A stretch of DNA of 64,000 nucleotides from Eledone cirrhosa (taxonomy: Eukaryota), in NCBI GenBank assembly GCA_964016885.1, contig OZ024742.1, forward strand, positions 136,338,001 to 136,402,000, written 5' to 3'. Of the stretch, positions 1-10,924 are shown one piece after another (the first letter of the stretch is position 1; every line of letters starts with the position of its first letter). A model generated the notes under the pieces. The model saw only the letters and a program-made list of their open reading frames with translations, did not search any database and was not told where the DNA came from. Both the position numbers and the translations under genes were made by a program.

Positions 1-79
1 TTCATATTCACAATTTACAAGTTCAAGATTATGAATTGAATCAAATTGTTTAGAGAGATGAAATTGTTGACTATTTTTG

Positions 80-660
80 TTTGCCCATATAGTTGCATTC
101 GATAGGACTGTGCATAATTTGGTTTTGTTATTATTGATGATTCTAGAGGTATATAAGTTTATATCTGTCAAACCTAGCATTTCCACAATTTTATCTACAG
201 CTGTAAACAAATCTGTTGTGTACATTAGAAAGAATGGGTGAGATAGGAGAACTCTGTGTGAAACACTTTTTAAAGTAAATAATTTCACTTTATTTGTTTC
301 AATTGTACTATAATTAGTGAAAAAGCAGAGATAGTTGAGTTTCATGAAATAATCTTTTAACTAGAATGTCATGAACTAAATTATATTAAGCCCCCTTTAT
401 ATGTATTGAAATCAGTCGTTTCAATAATGTTGCTGTTCTGATGAATGTGGTTATTTCATGTATGCAATTCTCACTCGAAATCCAAACTAAGACTTGGGGG
501 AAAAACTTGTTTGTTTCTCTTAAGTAAGATAATCTTTCACCAAATATTTTTTCTAGCATTTTAGATAGATTGCTTAGGAGAGATATTGGAGGATATGATC
601 TGCTAGAGTGGTAGTTTTCTTTATTTGGTTTTGGTATTGCTAACATATGTGTAAATTTTC
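80..660 (-). mobile_element. Decayed non-LTR retrotransposon reverse transcriptase fragment (I/Jockey/R1-like)
   Basis: ORF 386-646(-) reads IPKPNK..SYPPISLLSNLSKMLEKI, matching the RT motif IPKxxK..YRPISLLxxxxKxxE. At about 210-268(-) SVSHRVLLSHPFFLMYTTDL resembles GVPQGSxLSPxLFxxYxxDL. Frameshifted. Confidence 0.85.
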
Positions 661-753
661 ATATATCTCAATATTGCTAAAATTTAAGTTTAGCACTGTT
701 TCATGTTTAATTTCTGATCATCCTACATTTTCGGTGGGATTTAATGATTTCCT

Positions 754-954
754 TTAACCCTTTTGCTAGAAAGCCATTTGTTTTAAAGGATTTATATTTT
801 TATATTTAATTTAAATCTTCCATGATAATTTTAATAAAGAAACTTTATGTTCCTAAGATCAGCTTAAAAATGAAAAAATTATTTTAGAATACCTTTCAAA
901 ATTGCTTGAAAAACAGAGTGTATTTTGTTAGAAATATGATAAGGAAAGGATTAA
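754..954. mobile_element. Putative piggyBac-type MITE
   Basis: TTAA|CCCTTT at the left end and AAAGGA|TTAA at the right end. The right end (gtgtattttgttagaaatat..) recurs at about 14060-14097. The TIRs are degenerate. Confidence 0.45.
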
Positions 955-1149
955 ATCAGTATGACCATGTTTAGTATTTTCAAAATGTTTCCTGTCCAAG
1001 CATGTTGACAGAATTATCAGCATCATCACTGTTTAACGTTCATTTTCCATGGTAGCATGAGTTGTCCTCTTATGAGATAAGCCAGGTTAGATGACCACGT
1101 CTTGCTCATTCAGAACTGATATCCACTTGGATTCTATGGCTGGATGCAG

Positions 1150-1670
1150 GCTGTATCTGATCCCTATTATGCCTAGTTTCTCTCTTCAGCTGATTTATGC
1201 TTTGCTGTTCACGTATATTAGTATTACACATCCATTGAAGTCTGCAAGCTTCATTTCTTCACAGGTCTTCTGCACACAATGCCCAGGTCATACAGTCTGC
1301 CCTTCATTTTGTGGGAGCAGCCTTTTGAAGCTAGCAGCAGCAGTATCTTCCTGAACTTCTTCCATTCCATTCTCACTTTGGCTACTGTACTCTCAGAACA
1401 CCCACCTCCACTGCTAATTTGGTCACCCAGATAGCAGAAGTCGTCTACTGCTTCTACAGAGCCTTCCAAGAATTAGATAGCACTTGTTTCCTGTGATCAT
1501 TTGCTGCTTACTGCTCCCATGCAATGACCACCTGTAAAACCAACGTTCTTGGCTAGACTACCTGAGATTTCACTGCATCTCTTGTGTACCCATTGTTTGC
1601 ATTTGGGACAGAGGATGGAATTTCTACTCACACCTTTCCTAAAAACTGAGCAAGAATGCTTCCTATAATT
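1150..1670 (-). mobile_element. RTE-clade LINE ORF fragment (end of RT/thumb with Cys-rich insert)
   Basis: EAVDDFCYLGDQISSGGGCSES..KVRMEWKKFRK is the typical RTE post-RT motif. It is preceded by CSVFRKGVSRNSILCPKCKQWVHKRCS. Confidence 0.85.
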
Positions 1671-2103
1671 AAATATTAATACATTGGTAAATACTGTTTT
1701 ATTTCTGGAAGACCAAGCATATGCCAAATTATATTAACTGTAATTTCACTTTAGTTGATAGATTCTATCTTTCATGCTTAGTGTTGTTATAATTTTTTTT
1801 GTTGGCATAGCAAACACCACAACACTTCTTCACCAACAATTGTTATTTTATATGATAGTGGCAGATGCTCTTTGCTATAGTATTTATAGAAAGAAACAAC
1901 TATTAGTTACTTGTTAATTTGCAACAGTATAATTGGGAATCTATCAACAGGTAATAATATAATATATGTAGTTTCCAGAATTAGTGAAACAAGTTTTGGT
2001 GGGTTGTTTTACTTGGCTGTTTGCCCTGAGTGAGTCCTACTTTGAGCTCATCATGTAACATTATACATACTCACACACACAGGTGTGTGTGTGTTTCTAT
2101 GTG

Positions 2104-2177
<74 letters not shown>

Positions 2178-2340
2178 ATAAGTGTATATATTTGCGCATA
2201 TGTGTGTGTGTATATAGATTTTATATATATATTTATATGTATATATACGTGTGTATATAATTATACATATATGTGTGTGTGTATATTTATGAATATATGT
2301 TTATATATGTATATTTTTATATGTATATATATATGTTTAA

Positions 2341-2665
2341 AGTGGTGAATTGGCAGAGTCATTAGAATGATGGATAGAATGTTTTTTGTTATTCGTTTGG
2401 CTCGCTACTTTCTGAGTTCAAATCCTGCCGAGGTCAACTTTGCCTTTCATCCTTTCATGGTCGATAAAAAATGCACTAGTTTAGTACTGGAGTTGTTTCT
2501 TCCTCTATATCCCGTTCTCACTTTCTCTCTGTCACTATCTATCCTTTTCTGGAAGAAATCTGCTATATTGAGACCTGGAGAGCGATGGGTTCCACCAGGT
2601 TTTAAAATGCTGTATGTCAATGTGGTACACCTACGACTCCTTCAGGAGTTACGGAACCATGCATA
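2341..2665 (+). mobile_element. tRNA-derived SINE (family A) with extended 3' segment
   Basis: Head ggtgaattggcagagtc, B-box-like gagttcaaatcc and core gaggtcaactttgcctttcatcc. The same 3' extension follows the core at 24770-24910. Confidence 0.75.
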
Positions 2666-2989
2666 CCATTTATGCATATATACATATGCATATTTTTTAT
2701 TCATATATATATATATGTATGTGTTGGTATGAGAGGCATGTAATTATTTTGATCTTACACTATAACAATTTTCTATGAAAAAGGGATGGTATGTGGGCAG
2801 GCATGTGTGTGTGTTTTTTAATGGCACACTTTAAAAATAATTATGGCAAGGTGATGGGAAGAATGTTTAGAAGTATTCCAAGTAAGTGTGAGACTATTTA
2901 TGGGGTCACTAAATCTGCTAAGAATGGCAGCTAATTCTGTCTCTATGATCCTAAAGAAATGGACATGAAATAATGTAGTTCTTCTTCTC

Positions 2990-3270
2990 ACACTTATTCC
3001 TGGGAGGGACATGGAAGCAGAGTCCTCAAACACTTCTTCCAATGTCTCTTCTCAGAAGCAACTGTCTCCATTGATGTGGCTGGATCTCCAAGTGAGACCA
3101 ACCGACCTCATGGATGTAATCCAACCATCTTGCTTGGAGTCTACCCCTGGGTCTTTTGCTTGGTTTTTCCAGCTATTTTTTCCTGAGTTATTCTAACAAC
3201 ATGCCCATGATATCAGCGATCTGATCTCCCAATTCAGAGAAATAGGAGCTCTACTTAACATAGTCTTAGA
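2990..3270 (-). mobile_element. RTE LINE 3' end fragment
   Basis: Homologous by eye to 16050-16500(-) and 54130-54420(+), which carry a GRxxxRW..VASDR..W-type RTE C-terminus. Confidence 0.65.
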
Positions 3271-3936
3271 TATAAAAAAGGGATGGTTTATAGACAGAAT
3301 AACTTCAAACATAACATGAGTTTACTTAATCTGGAATGACCAGTGGCTAAACAACTGCAGCAGCAGCAGCAACAATAAGTAACTCTAATACCCCCATCAC
3401 CACAATCATTGTCACCATTACCTATGATATTTTCACTGTCAACAGTTACACCATCACAATTGTGTCCATCACCATCACTAATGCCAAGAGAACAACAGCA
3501 ACAATACCATCACAATTTCACCTCAATTACTAGTTGTCATAACATCAATAAAGCAATGGGGCCAACAACAGCTTACCCCCCACCCCCACCCTGCAACAAC
3601 CATCAATAAAAACATCTACAGCACTATAAACCACCACCAACAACATCAATAACACCACTAACAACTTGGCTTCATTGAAACTATAGCAGTCACTCCACAA
3701 ACCCAACCATATTACTATATATCCCATCTGACAAGATGTAGAGATAAACAGTCTTTCTCACTCCATTTATTTCTATTACCAGCTGTCAAACATGATTAAA
3801 TGTGACTTGAGCTTTCCTCTTTTGGCTTATCCTAGAGAAAAATTCCACAGTTGTATGTGTATGTGCCTGTGCATTTGTCTGTGTTGGTGTGTTTGCACAC
3901 ATGCTCACACACATATATATATATATAAATGTGTGT

Positions 3937-3983
<47 letters not shown>

Positions 3984-4094
3984 GTATATTCAAAAGTAAG
4001 GTTTTTAATATATCTCTTTAGCTTATGCATACAACTATGTAGTATGTAATTGTCTACAAACGTCTATATATGTGTGTGTTATGTACAACTGTCT

Positions 4095-4146
<52 letters not shown>

Positions 4147-5654
4147 GTATATAATGTATGTGTGTGTATGCACATGTATGTGAATGTAATAATAAAAACA
4201 TTTTATACACACATATATATATATATGTATATATATGCATAGGGACATGTGTGTTTGGGTATGTGTGTGTTTCTGTGTAGCCGTATACACACACATGGCT
4301 ATATATTTGTAACATATTTTTATTTGTGTATGTTATATACATATGGACAAACATACCCTCTTTATACACACATATATATGTTTGTGTTTGGGTGTGTATA
4401 TTTGATATGCACTCAATTTTGTAAGATATGTAATGGCTGACTGCAGTCTATAGTTATTTAATCTCTTGTGTAAATGTGTCCGCTAGTTATAACGGCTGTT
4501 GATATAACAATAAAAATAAATAATAAAATATTAAATATTTATTTAAATATCTGTTGAATGAACTTGTTTTTTTATTTTTATTTTCAAACTACTGTTTGCA
4601 AATTTGTCTTGCACACACTCACACTCTCACACTCTCACACATGTGCAAATACATCTCTGTTTATACATATTTGACACTTGTTATATATGTAGCTTAGCAT
4701 AGTGTTGGTCATACAATATATTGCAATTGAAATTCTTTCTTTATGTTAAGAAATTGTTGGAAAATGAAGTTTGAGGAATGAATATGAGTGTCTTTAACTG
4801 TGTGGAAAATTTCTAAATGCAAACATTTTATACTTCATCAACGTCAATTTTTTCAACATCACTACTGCTGTCACAAACATATCATCACTGTAGCAATCTT
4901 TCAAATTTTCTTGCTGCTTATAAATCACCATCATTGTCACCAGCATAATTGTAATTGTAATAATTTGTAAATAACTGTTATAACTAAATTGGTCTTATAT
5001 GTTTCCTGGCAACCACTTCTGCTAGCTAATATTATTTTATTGTGAGTTTTGACAAAATTGGTCTGCACTATTGTTTATATTCTGCTGTCTTTCCAGTCTT
5101 TCCAGAAATACCAAACAAATATGTCTTACAGAAACTGCAATTATCATCATTTTCATCATCCTTATGTTCACCATTATTTACTTCCTCACTGGTTTTTACA
5201 TCACATTAAGCTTGGAATATAAACTACAATCAATAGTTCTTAATTTTTTCTTCCTTCCTGTTTGTGAGCACATGTATGAAAAAAAAAGACATGTTAAAGA
5301 CATCAAAATTATTATCCTTATTGTTCTGATTTTCGTCACCATGATTCCTGTTCATATGTTATATAGCAAAACAGTGGAATCTAGGGAAACTGGGGCACTT
5401 TAACACAACTGTACTTCTACCACATTTATGGCAGCAATAGTAACATCAATTTTAACCCTCTAGCAAGTGTTTATTGCAGGCAAAATCCATATTTAATCGA
5501 AAGTACTGATCTCTTATACAGGTTAAGGGAGAGGGGCACATCCCATTTATATATCCACACACTCTATAGAGTCCATGTGGTACATGACACCAACTAAATT
5601 ATGCCAGGGATAGAAAAGTGTATCTAATCTACTTTGTAAAGTGGTTTGAATATA

Positions 5655-5724
<70 letters not shown>

Positions 5725-5860
5725 CAAAAGGGATATTTAATTTGTTGGTAATTCAACAAATATAAATGTTTATAACTGATTCGAAGCACTCGACAGGTTT
5801 TCTGGAGTATAATATTCAATGATATTAAATAAATGGAAACTATATTTATAAAACCATATT

Positions 5861-5923
5861 TATTCTATTATATATATATTTCAAGGGTACCAAAACTTTG
5901 GTACGCTCTCATCAGATAAAATA
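5861..5923 (-). ncRNA. Type I hammerhead ribozyme (Penelope/retrozyme-type)
   Basis: The minus strand reads UAUUUUAU-CUGAUGA-GAGCGUACCAAA GU UUUGGUACCCUU-GAAA-UAUAUAUA-UA-AUAGAAUA. This gives an intact core, 8-bp stem I, 12-position stem II (one mismatch, G-U closing pair), self-complementary stem III and an AUA cleavage triplet. Confidence 0.75.
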
Positions 5924-6237
5924 CAAAGTTTGTTTTATAAATATTGACATATCCAGGAAGAAGATCTTATCGGTTCAAGTTTTTCCAGAAAAACTTGAAC
6001 CATACCAGTAATACACTGGAATAACTGCTGGTCTTGTGCCAAAAGTAGAAACAATTATTTCCCATCTGATGTTTTCTCTATATGTGCATCACTACTCATG
6101 ACTTATATTTCTATTTCTTTTTCACAATCTATTTTCCTGTCGAAGAGCTCAAAATGTCAACAACAAAATAAAATTCCCTCTTTTTTTATATTGTTAACAT
6201 TGGCTTGCCACAAATTTTGTACATTGATATCTAAGTA

Positions 6238-6300
<63 letters not shown>

Positions 6301-6305
<5 letters not shown>

Positions 6306-6504
6306 AACCAGTAAGACCCTGACAGCTGAGCTCAAGCCGTTTCGACGGCTAATTCTGGACTGATTTTAGTCCAGAATTAGCCGTCGAAACGGCTTGAGCT
6401 CAGCTGTCGGGGTCTTACTGGTTCCTATTACCCACTCTACTACCTCAAGTATTGAGTACTTTGGTGCGTTATGGTCCACCTGGTTCCTTACCACATTTCC
6501 TTTG

Positions 6505-6506
<2 letters not shown>
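6301..6506. repeat. (TA)n-embedded hairpin element with 61-bp inverted arms
   Basis: Arms 6301-6361 and 6368-6428 are reverse complements with one T:G pair. A unique tail runs to about 6506. Homologues at about 34549-34628 and 60401-60584. Confidence 0.85.
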
Positions 6507-6575
<69 letters not shown>

Positions 6576-6738
6576 TGTGTATGTACATATATATATATGT
6601 ATACTTATTTACTCTTATTTTCTATTATTTCCACAGAGCTGTGATTTCCAACCGACATTTTCTTATCAGGTCGGACATGAACTAAAAAAAAAAAATCTAC
6701 AAATGAAACCAACCAAGAGATAATATTACTATTTCACA

Positions 6739-6916
6739 ATGGATGGCAATTCTAAGAGTAAAAATAGAGAGTCTCGAACTCACAGGGCACGCCGAGCCAA
6801 AAATTCGGGAAGCAGAACTTACAGCTCTTCAGATGAAGATTTTCACTCGGATGATAACCTTCGTCCCTATGAGGAAGTTAAAATCGCGCACCATGATAAG
6901 AAATTGTCTGGCTTAG
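6739..6916 (+). CDS. TENM: Teneurin (Ten-m/Odz) first coding exon, intracellular N-terminus
   Basis: MDGNSKSKNRESRTHRARRAKNSGSRTYSSSDEDFHSDDNLRPYEEVK resembles the teneurin N-terminus (basic stretch, then YTSSS..SYSSSETLKAYD). Upstream acceptors tttccacag| (6636) or ttcttatcag| (6669). Strong donor AG|GTAAGT after 6916, phase 1. Confidence 0.8.
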
Positions 6917-7421
6917 GTAAGTAGTAAAAGCAAAAAAAAAAAAAGATATATACAAATAACAAATAAATAAAGATATGAAAATAGAATTATAAGCTTTCAC
7001 CCTATTTTTGACTACCAAAAAATTGTCTAATAACAGGGCATATAAGCCCCCATAAAGGATACATTTTTTTTTTCTTTTTAACCTGTTATTAAACTAGCTT
7101 ATAAAGTCAAAATATTGTGAAAGCTTATAGTAATTCTATTTTCAAAATTTTCAATCATCATGTGCAGATTTAGATAAAAATGTGTTTATATGTACGATTG
7201 TTGTTTCCCACGATTAAGAAAAAAAAACAACTCATTTTACTTCAAAATGTTCATATTTGTGTGACATGACTACATGCTCATCTTTATGTCCATGTGTGTG
7301 TGTGCATGTATGTATAATAAAACTGTATGTATGCATGAAATACATATATGTCCATATACACATACATACGCACACCTACATGTGTGTATATTTATATAGA
7401 TATATAGATATATGAATTCAT

Positions 7422-7459
<38 letters not shown>

Positions 7460-10073
7460 ATGGATGCATAGCATACATATGTGTTTAAAATGCATATATC
7501 CACATATGTATAAGCAATAGATATAATGAGTATATACTTCATAAGTAGATTTCTTCACATTTATGTAATGCTGCTTTTCTAATAGATAGTAGCAATGCAG
7601 AGTTGTCTTTTGTTCAGAGATAGTATGCATCTCTATATTCATCTATACATCGTGTTTCTCTCTATAATTCCAGCATTATCAAGAACTATTTGATATTTTG
7701 GCAATATTTTGAACAGAATGTTTTCGCTAAAGCCTAGTAATTGATTAATTGCTCTAGTGGTCACTTCAAATTCATTTCATCATACTTTTGTAGGATTTCT
7801 CGTGATTTTTGTTATCTTCTTTCATAAATATAATGTTTGATGGTTCAATCTTGAGGATATGCAATACTAACTTCCAGAATTCCTTTTGTATGTGATTATT
7901 TTTATCTATCAGCTTTATAACTATGATAATAATAATAATAATAATAATAATTGTTATTATTATTTTAACATAATTTGCAGCATATAGTTAAGTCTCCTTA
8001 CATTCTGATTTCACATACTGCCGAGGTTAACTTTGCCTTTCATTCTTATGGGATTGATAAAATACAGTAACAGTATTGCGCTAGGATTCTTTGAACAGAG
8101 TACTTCATTTTGAATTACTGCATTTCACCTGACAGCAAGGAATAGGTATTATTTTGGGGGTTGATTTAATTGACTTTCCCCTGCCTCATAATTGTTGGCC
8201 TTGTGCCTAAATTGGAAACCAATATCAAAGTTAAATGTGATAGATTGTCATCATATTCAGAGAAGATTTATCTTCCACCTGTTTCTCACTATGTATCCTT
8301 GAAAATCTAATTCAAGCTTAGGAAGAATTTATATGTTTTTTACTTTTATAAACCACCATAAAGCTAAATATGGAAACAAATAACTAATGATATTTCTGAA
8401 AATGTTCCTCTCATTTCATCCATTCCAGAGTAAAAGATTAAACATAACATAATTTGTGTTTTTATATTCATTTTCTATGCTAGCATGAGTTAGATGAAAG
8501 ACTTTTGTGAGATGATTCTATGGCCAGATGCATTTCTTGATACCAGCCTAACTACTGTCTAACTACGGAGCTATGTGGCTTTCCTTTATGCAAAGCATAA
8601 ACAAACATCATTTCCTGAACTAAAAATTCCAAATGCAAAGCAAATATGCAGAAACTAGCAAGCACATACATGTATGCATACATGTGCACATACACTCACA
8701 ACAGGCTTTATACAGTGTTGGTCTAGGAATTTCACTCACAAGGCATTGTTCAGCTCAGGCTATATTAGGAGACAATTGCCCAAGGTGTCACACAGTGGGA
8801 TAGAAGTGGAAATTGAGAACGAAAGTTCATCACCATATAGCTATGCTCTTTCGAAAGCATAGTATATGAAAAGAAAAATATACACAAATTTAATGAATAG
8901 GTTCTTTTTTTATTTACCAAATAACTTGAATGTTGTTTTTTTAACACTAACAATAATTTTCACATTATAAATAGCAAATGTAACAATTATAAAATCTCTC
9001 ACACGTCTTCTAGAGTGTGTGTGTGTAGGATAAGAGTCTTAACAGTTAGACATTAGTCGCTCTTTAGAAGATAGAATGAGAACTAAAAAAAAAAAGAAAT
9101 TGAAACATAAAAGGAAAGCGAGATGAGGAAAACAATGGAAGAAAAACCCTTTTGAAAAAAAAAAAAAAGAAATGTGTCCAGTTAGCCATTTTAGGAAGTG
9201 TATATATATATATGTACCTCGCCCCATATATATATATATATATATATATCCATGTGTATATATATATATATATATATGTGTGTGTATATGGGAAGAGTGA
9301 GAGCGGGAATTATTTGAAGAATATTTGTATGTGCATATTTGACAAAGATACAAATTGTGGGAAGAGAAAGAATGAGCAATAGTGAAAGAAAGCGTATAAG
9401 AGATATAACCATACATCAAAATAAGACAATGGGATGTGTATCCATGCTACAGGATTGGAGCAGGTTTCTATGGAAATCCCGTGTTGTCAAAGCACCAGAA
9501 TCACCTCTCTCATTCACTTACATCTTTTAATTTCTGTGCTCTCTCTCTCTCCTAGACTTTCCAGTGTATTCCAAACAGAGAACACACTAATATATCTGGC
9601 ACCAGCTTGGCTGCTGAGTACAAGTAGAAGTATCTGCCTTGCAGATGAGAAAACACAGAAATACACTTACATATACATGCAGGTGGCATGCACACAAACA
9701 CACACACACATAGAACATACACATATTTATACACAGCATGCATAAATCTAGCTGCTAATAATAAAATCTAAACATCAATAACAATTACACCTGATATATG
9801 TCACTTATAAGATACTTGTCCCCATGAATATTGCAAACTTCATAACAAGAGAAAACGTATTGCACAAACATTATTGGTGAAATAGCCTGCAGTTCTTTCA
9901 ATACTTGGATGCAAACATATTATGCATTTGAAGTGAACAATTGAATTCAATACATAAATCATACAAATGTCCTTTTTACAATATTTGCCTACACATTTTT
10001 TAAGGATTTTTATTTATTAAAAAAAAAAAGCAAAAGCATCCCCATTTGTGTGTAAGAGTATATATGTGCATAC

Positions 10074-10114
<41 letters not shown>

Positions 10115-10311
10115 TGTTATACTTGGGGAGGGTCATATTTGTGTAATATTGCCAGAATTAATAACAGAACACACTCACTGTTTGGTTGGTTTTCGCTTCT
10201 GTGTCTTTTATATCGGTAATCTAATTTATTCGGTCCTCAATGTTGCCATTGACTGACCAACGGTCAAAAATAATACAGATACAATATAGACACAAACACA
10301 TATATATAGTT

Positions 10312-10358
10312 TATCAAAGTTCTTTCGTTGCACATCTGCAACATCGTCAGTGGTGCTA
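10312..10358 (-). ncRNA. Degenerate hammerhead-like motif
   Basis: CUGACGA-U-GUUGCA GAUG UGCAAC-GAAA with a perfect 6-bp stem II. Stems I and III are eroded. Confidence 0.5.
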
Positions 10359-10488
10359 TTGTTTCCTCCTTCCTAATCATATTTATATATATATCAACTA
10401 GAAATAGATTGACATATATATGTATAAAATAAATACATGAAACAATCACATTTTAATTTTGGATATATATATATATATATATATATAT

Positions 10489-10924
10489 CATCATCATCAT
10501 CATCACCGTTGTTCTTCCACGCTAGCATGGGTTAGACGTGTAGTCCTGTTGTGGGCAATGTCCGGTCGGCTGACCTTGTCTTGCTCATACAGGAACTGAT
10601 TCTGGCTTGATTTCTACAGCTGGATGCCCTTCCTAACACCAACATCATTTACAGTGAGTGCTAGGTGCTTTTTTTCCGTGGCGCCTACACGTCCACTTTA
10701 CAGTGTGGGCTGGGTGCTTTTTTGCCATGGCACTTCCATGACCACTTTGCAGTGGAATGATATGGATCCCAGTCCTATCATCTCATTTCTACAGCTGAGT
10801 AAACTGGAGCAGTGTGAAATAAAGTGTCTTGCTCAAGGAAACAACACACCACCCGGTCCGAGAATTGAACTCACAACCTTTCGATTGCAAGCCTAATGCT
10901 CTAACCACTAAGCCATGCGCCTTC
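10489..10924 (-). mobile_element. Full-length tRNA-head/CORE-like SINE (family B) with internal ~40-bp repeats and (GAT)n tail
   Basis: The minus strand has A box tggcttagtggttagagc, B box gagttcaattc, CORE-like ccttgagcaagacacttta..ctcagctgtagaaatgag, then taggaagggcatccagctgtagaa..cccatgctagcgtggaa and (gat)n. Confidence 0.85.

Noticed and set aside
437-485. Plus-strand CTGATGA...CGAAA as a possible hammerhead
   Set aside because: There is no convincing stem II or stem I, and it lies inside an RT coding remnant.
6394-6723. 109-aa ORF upstream of the teneurin ATG
   Set aside because: It runs through the hairpin element and (TA)n and stops before 6739.
10850-10924. tRNA gene
   Set aside because: A and B boxes are present, but the sequence runs into a SINE body and has no proper acceptor stem.
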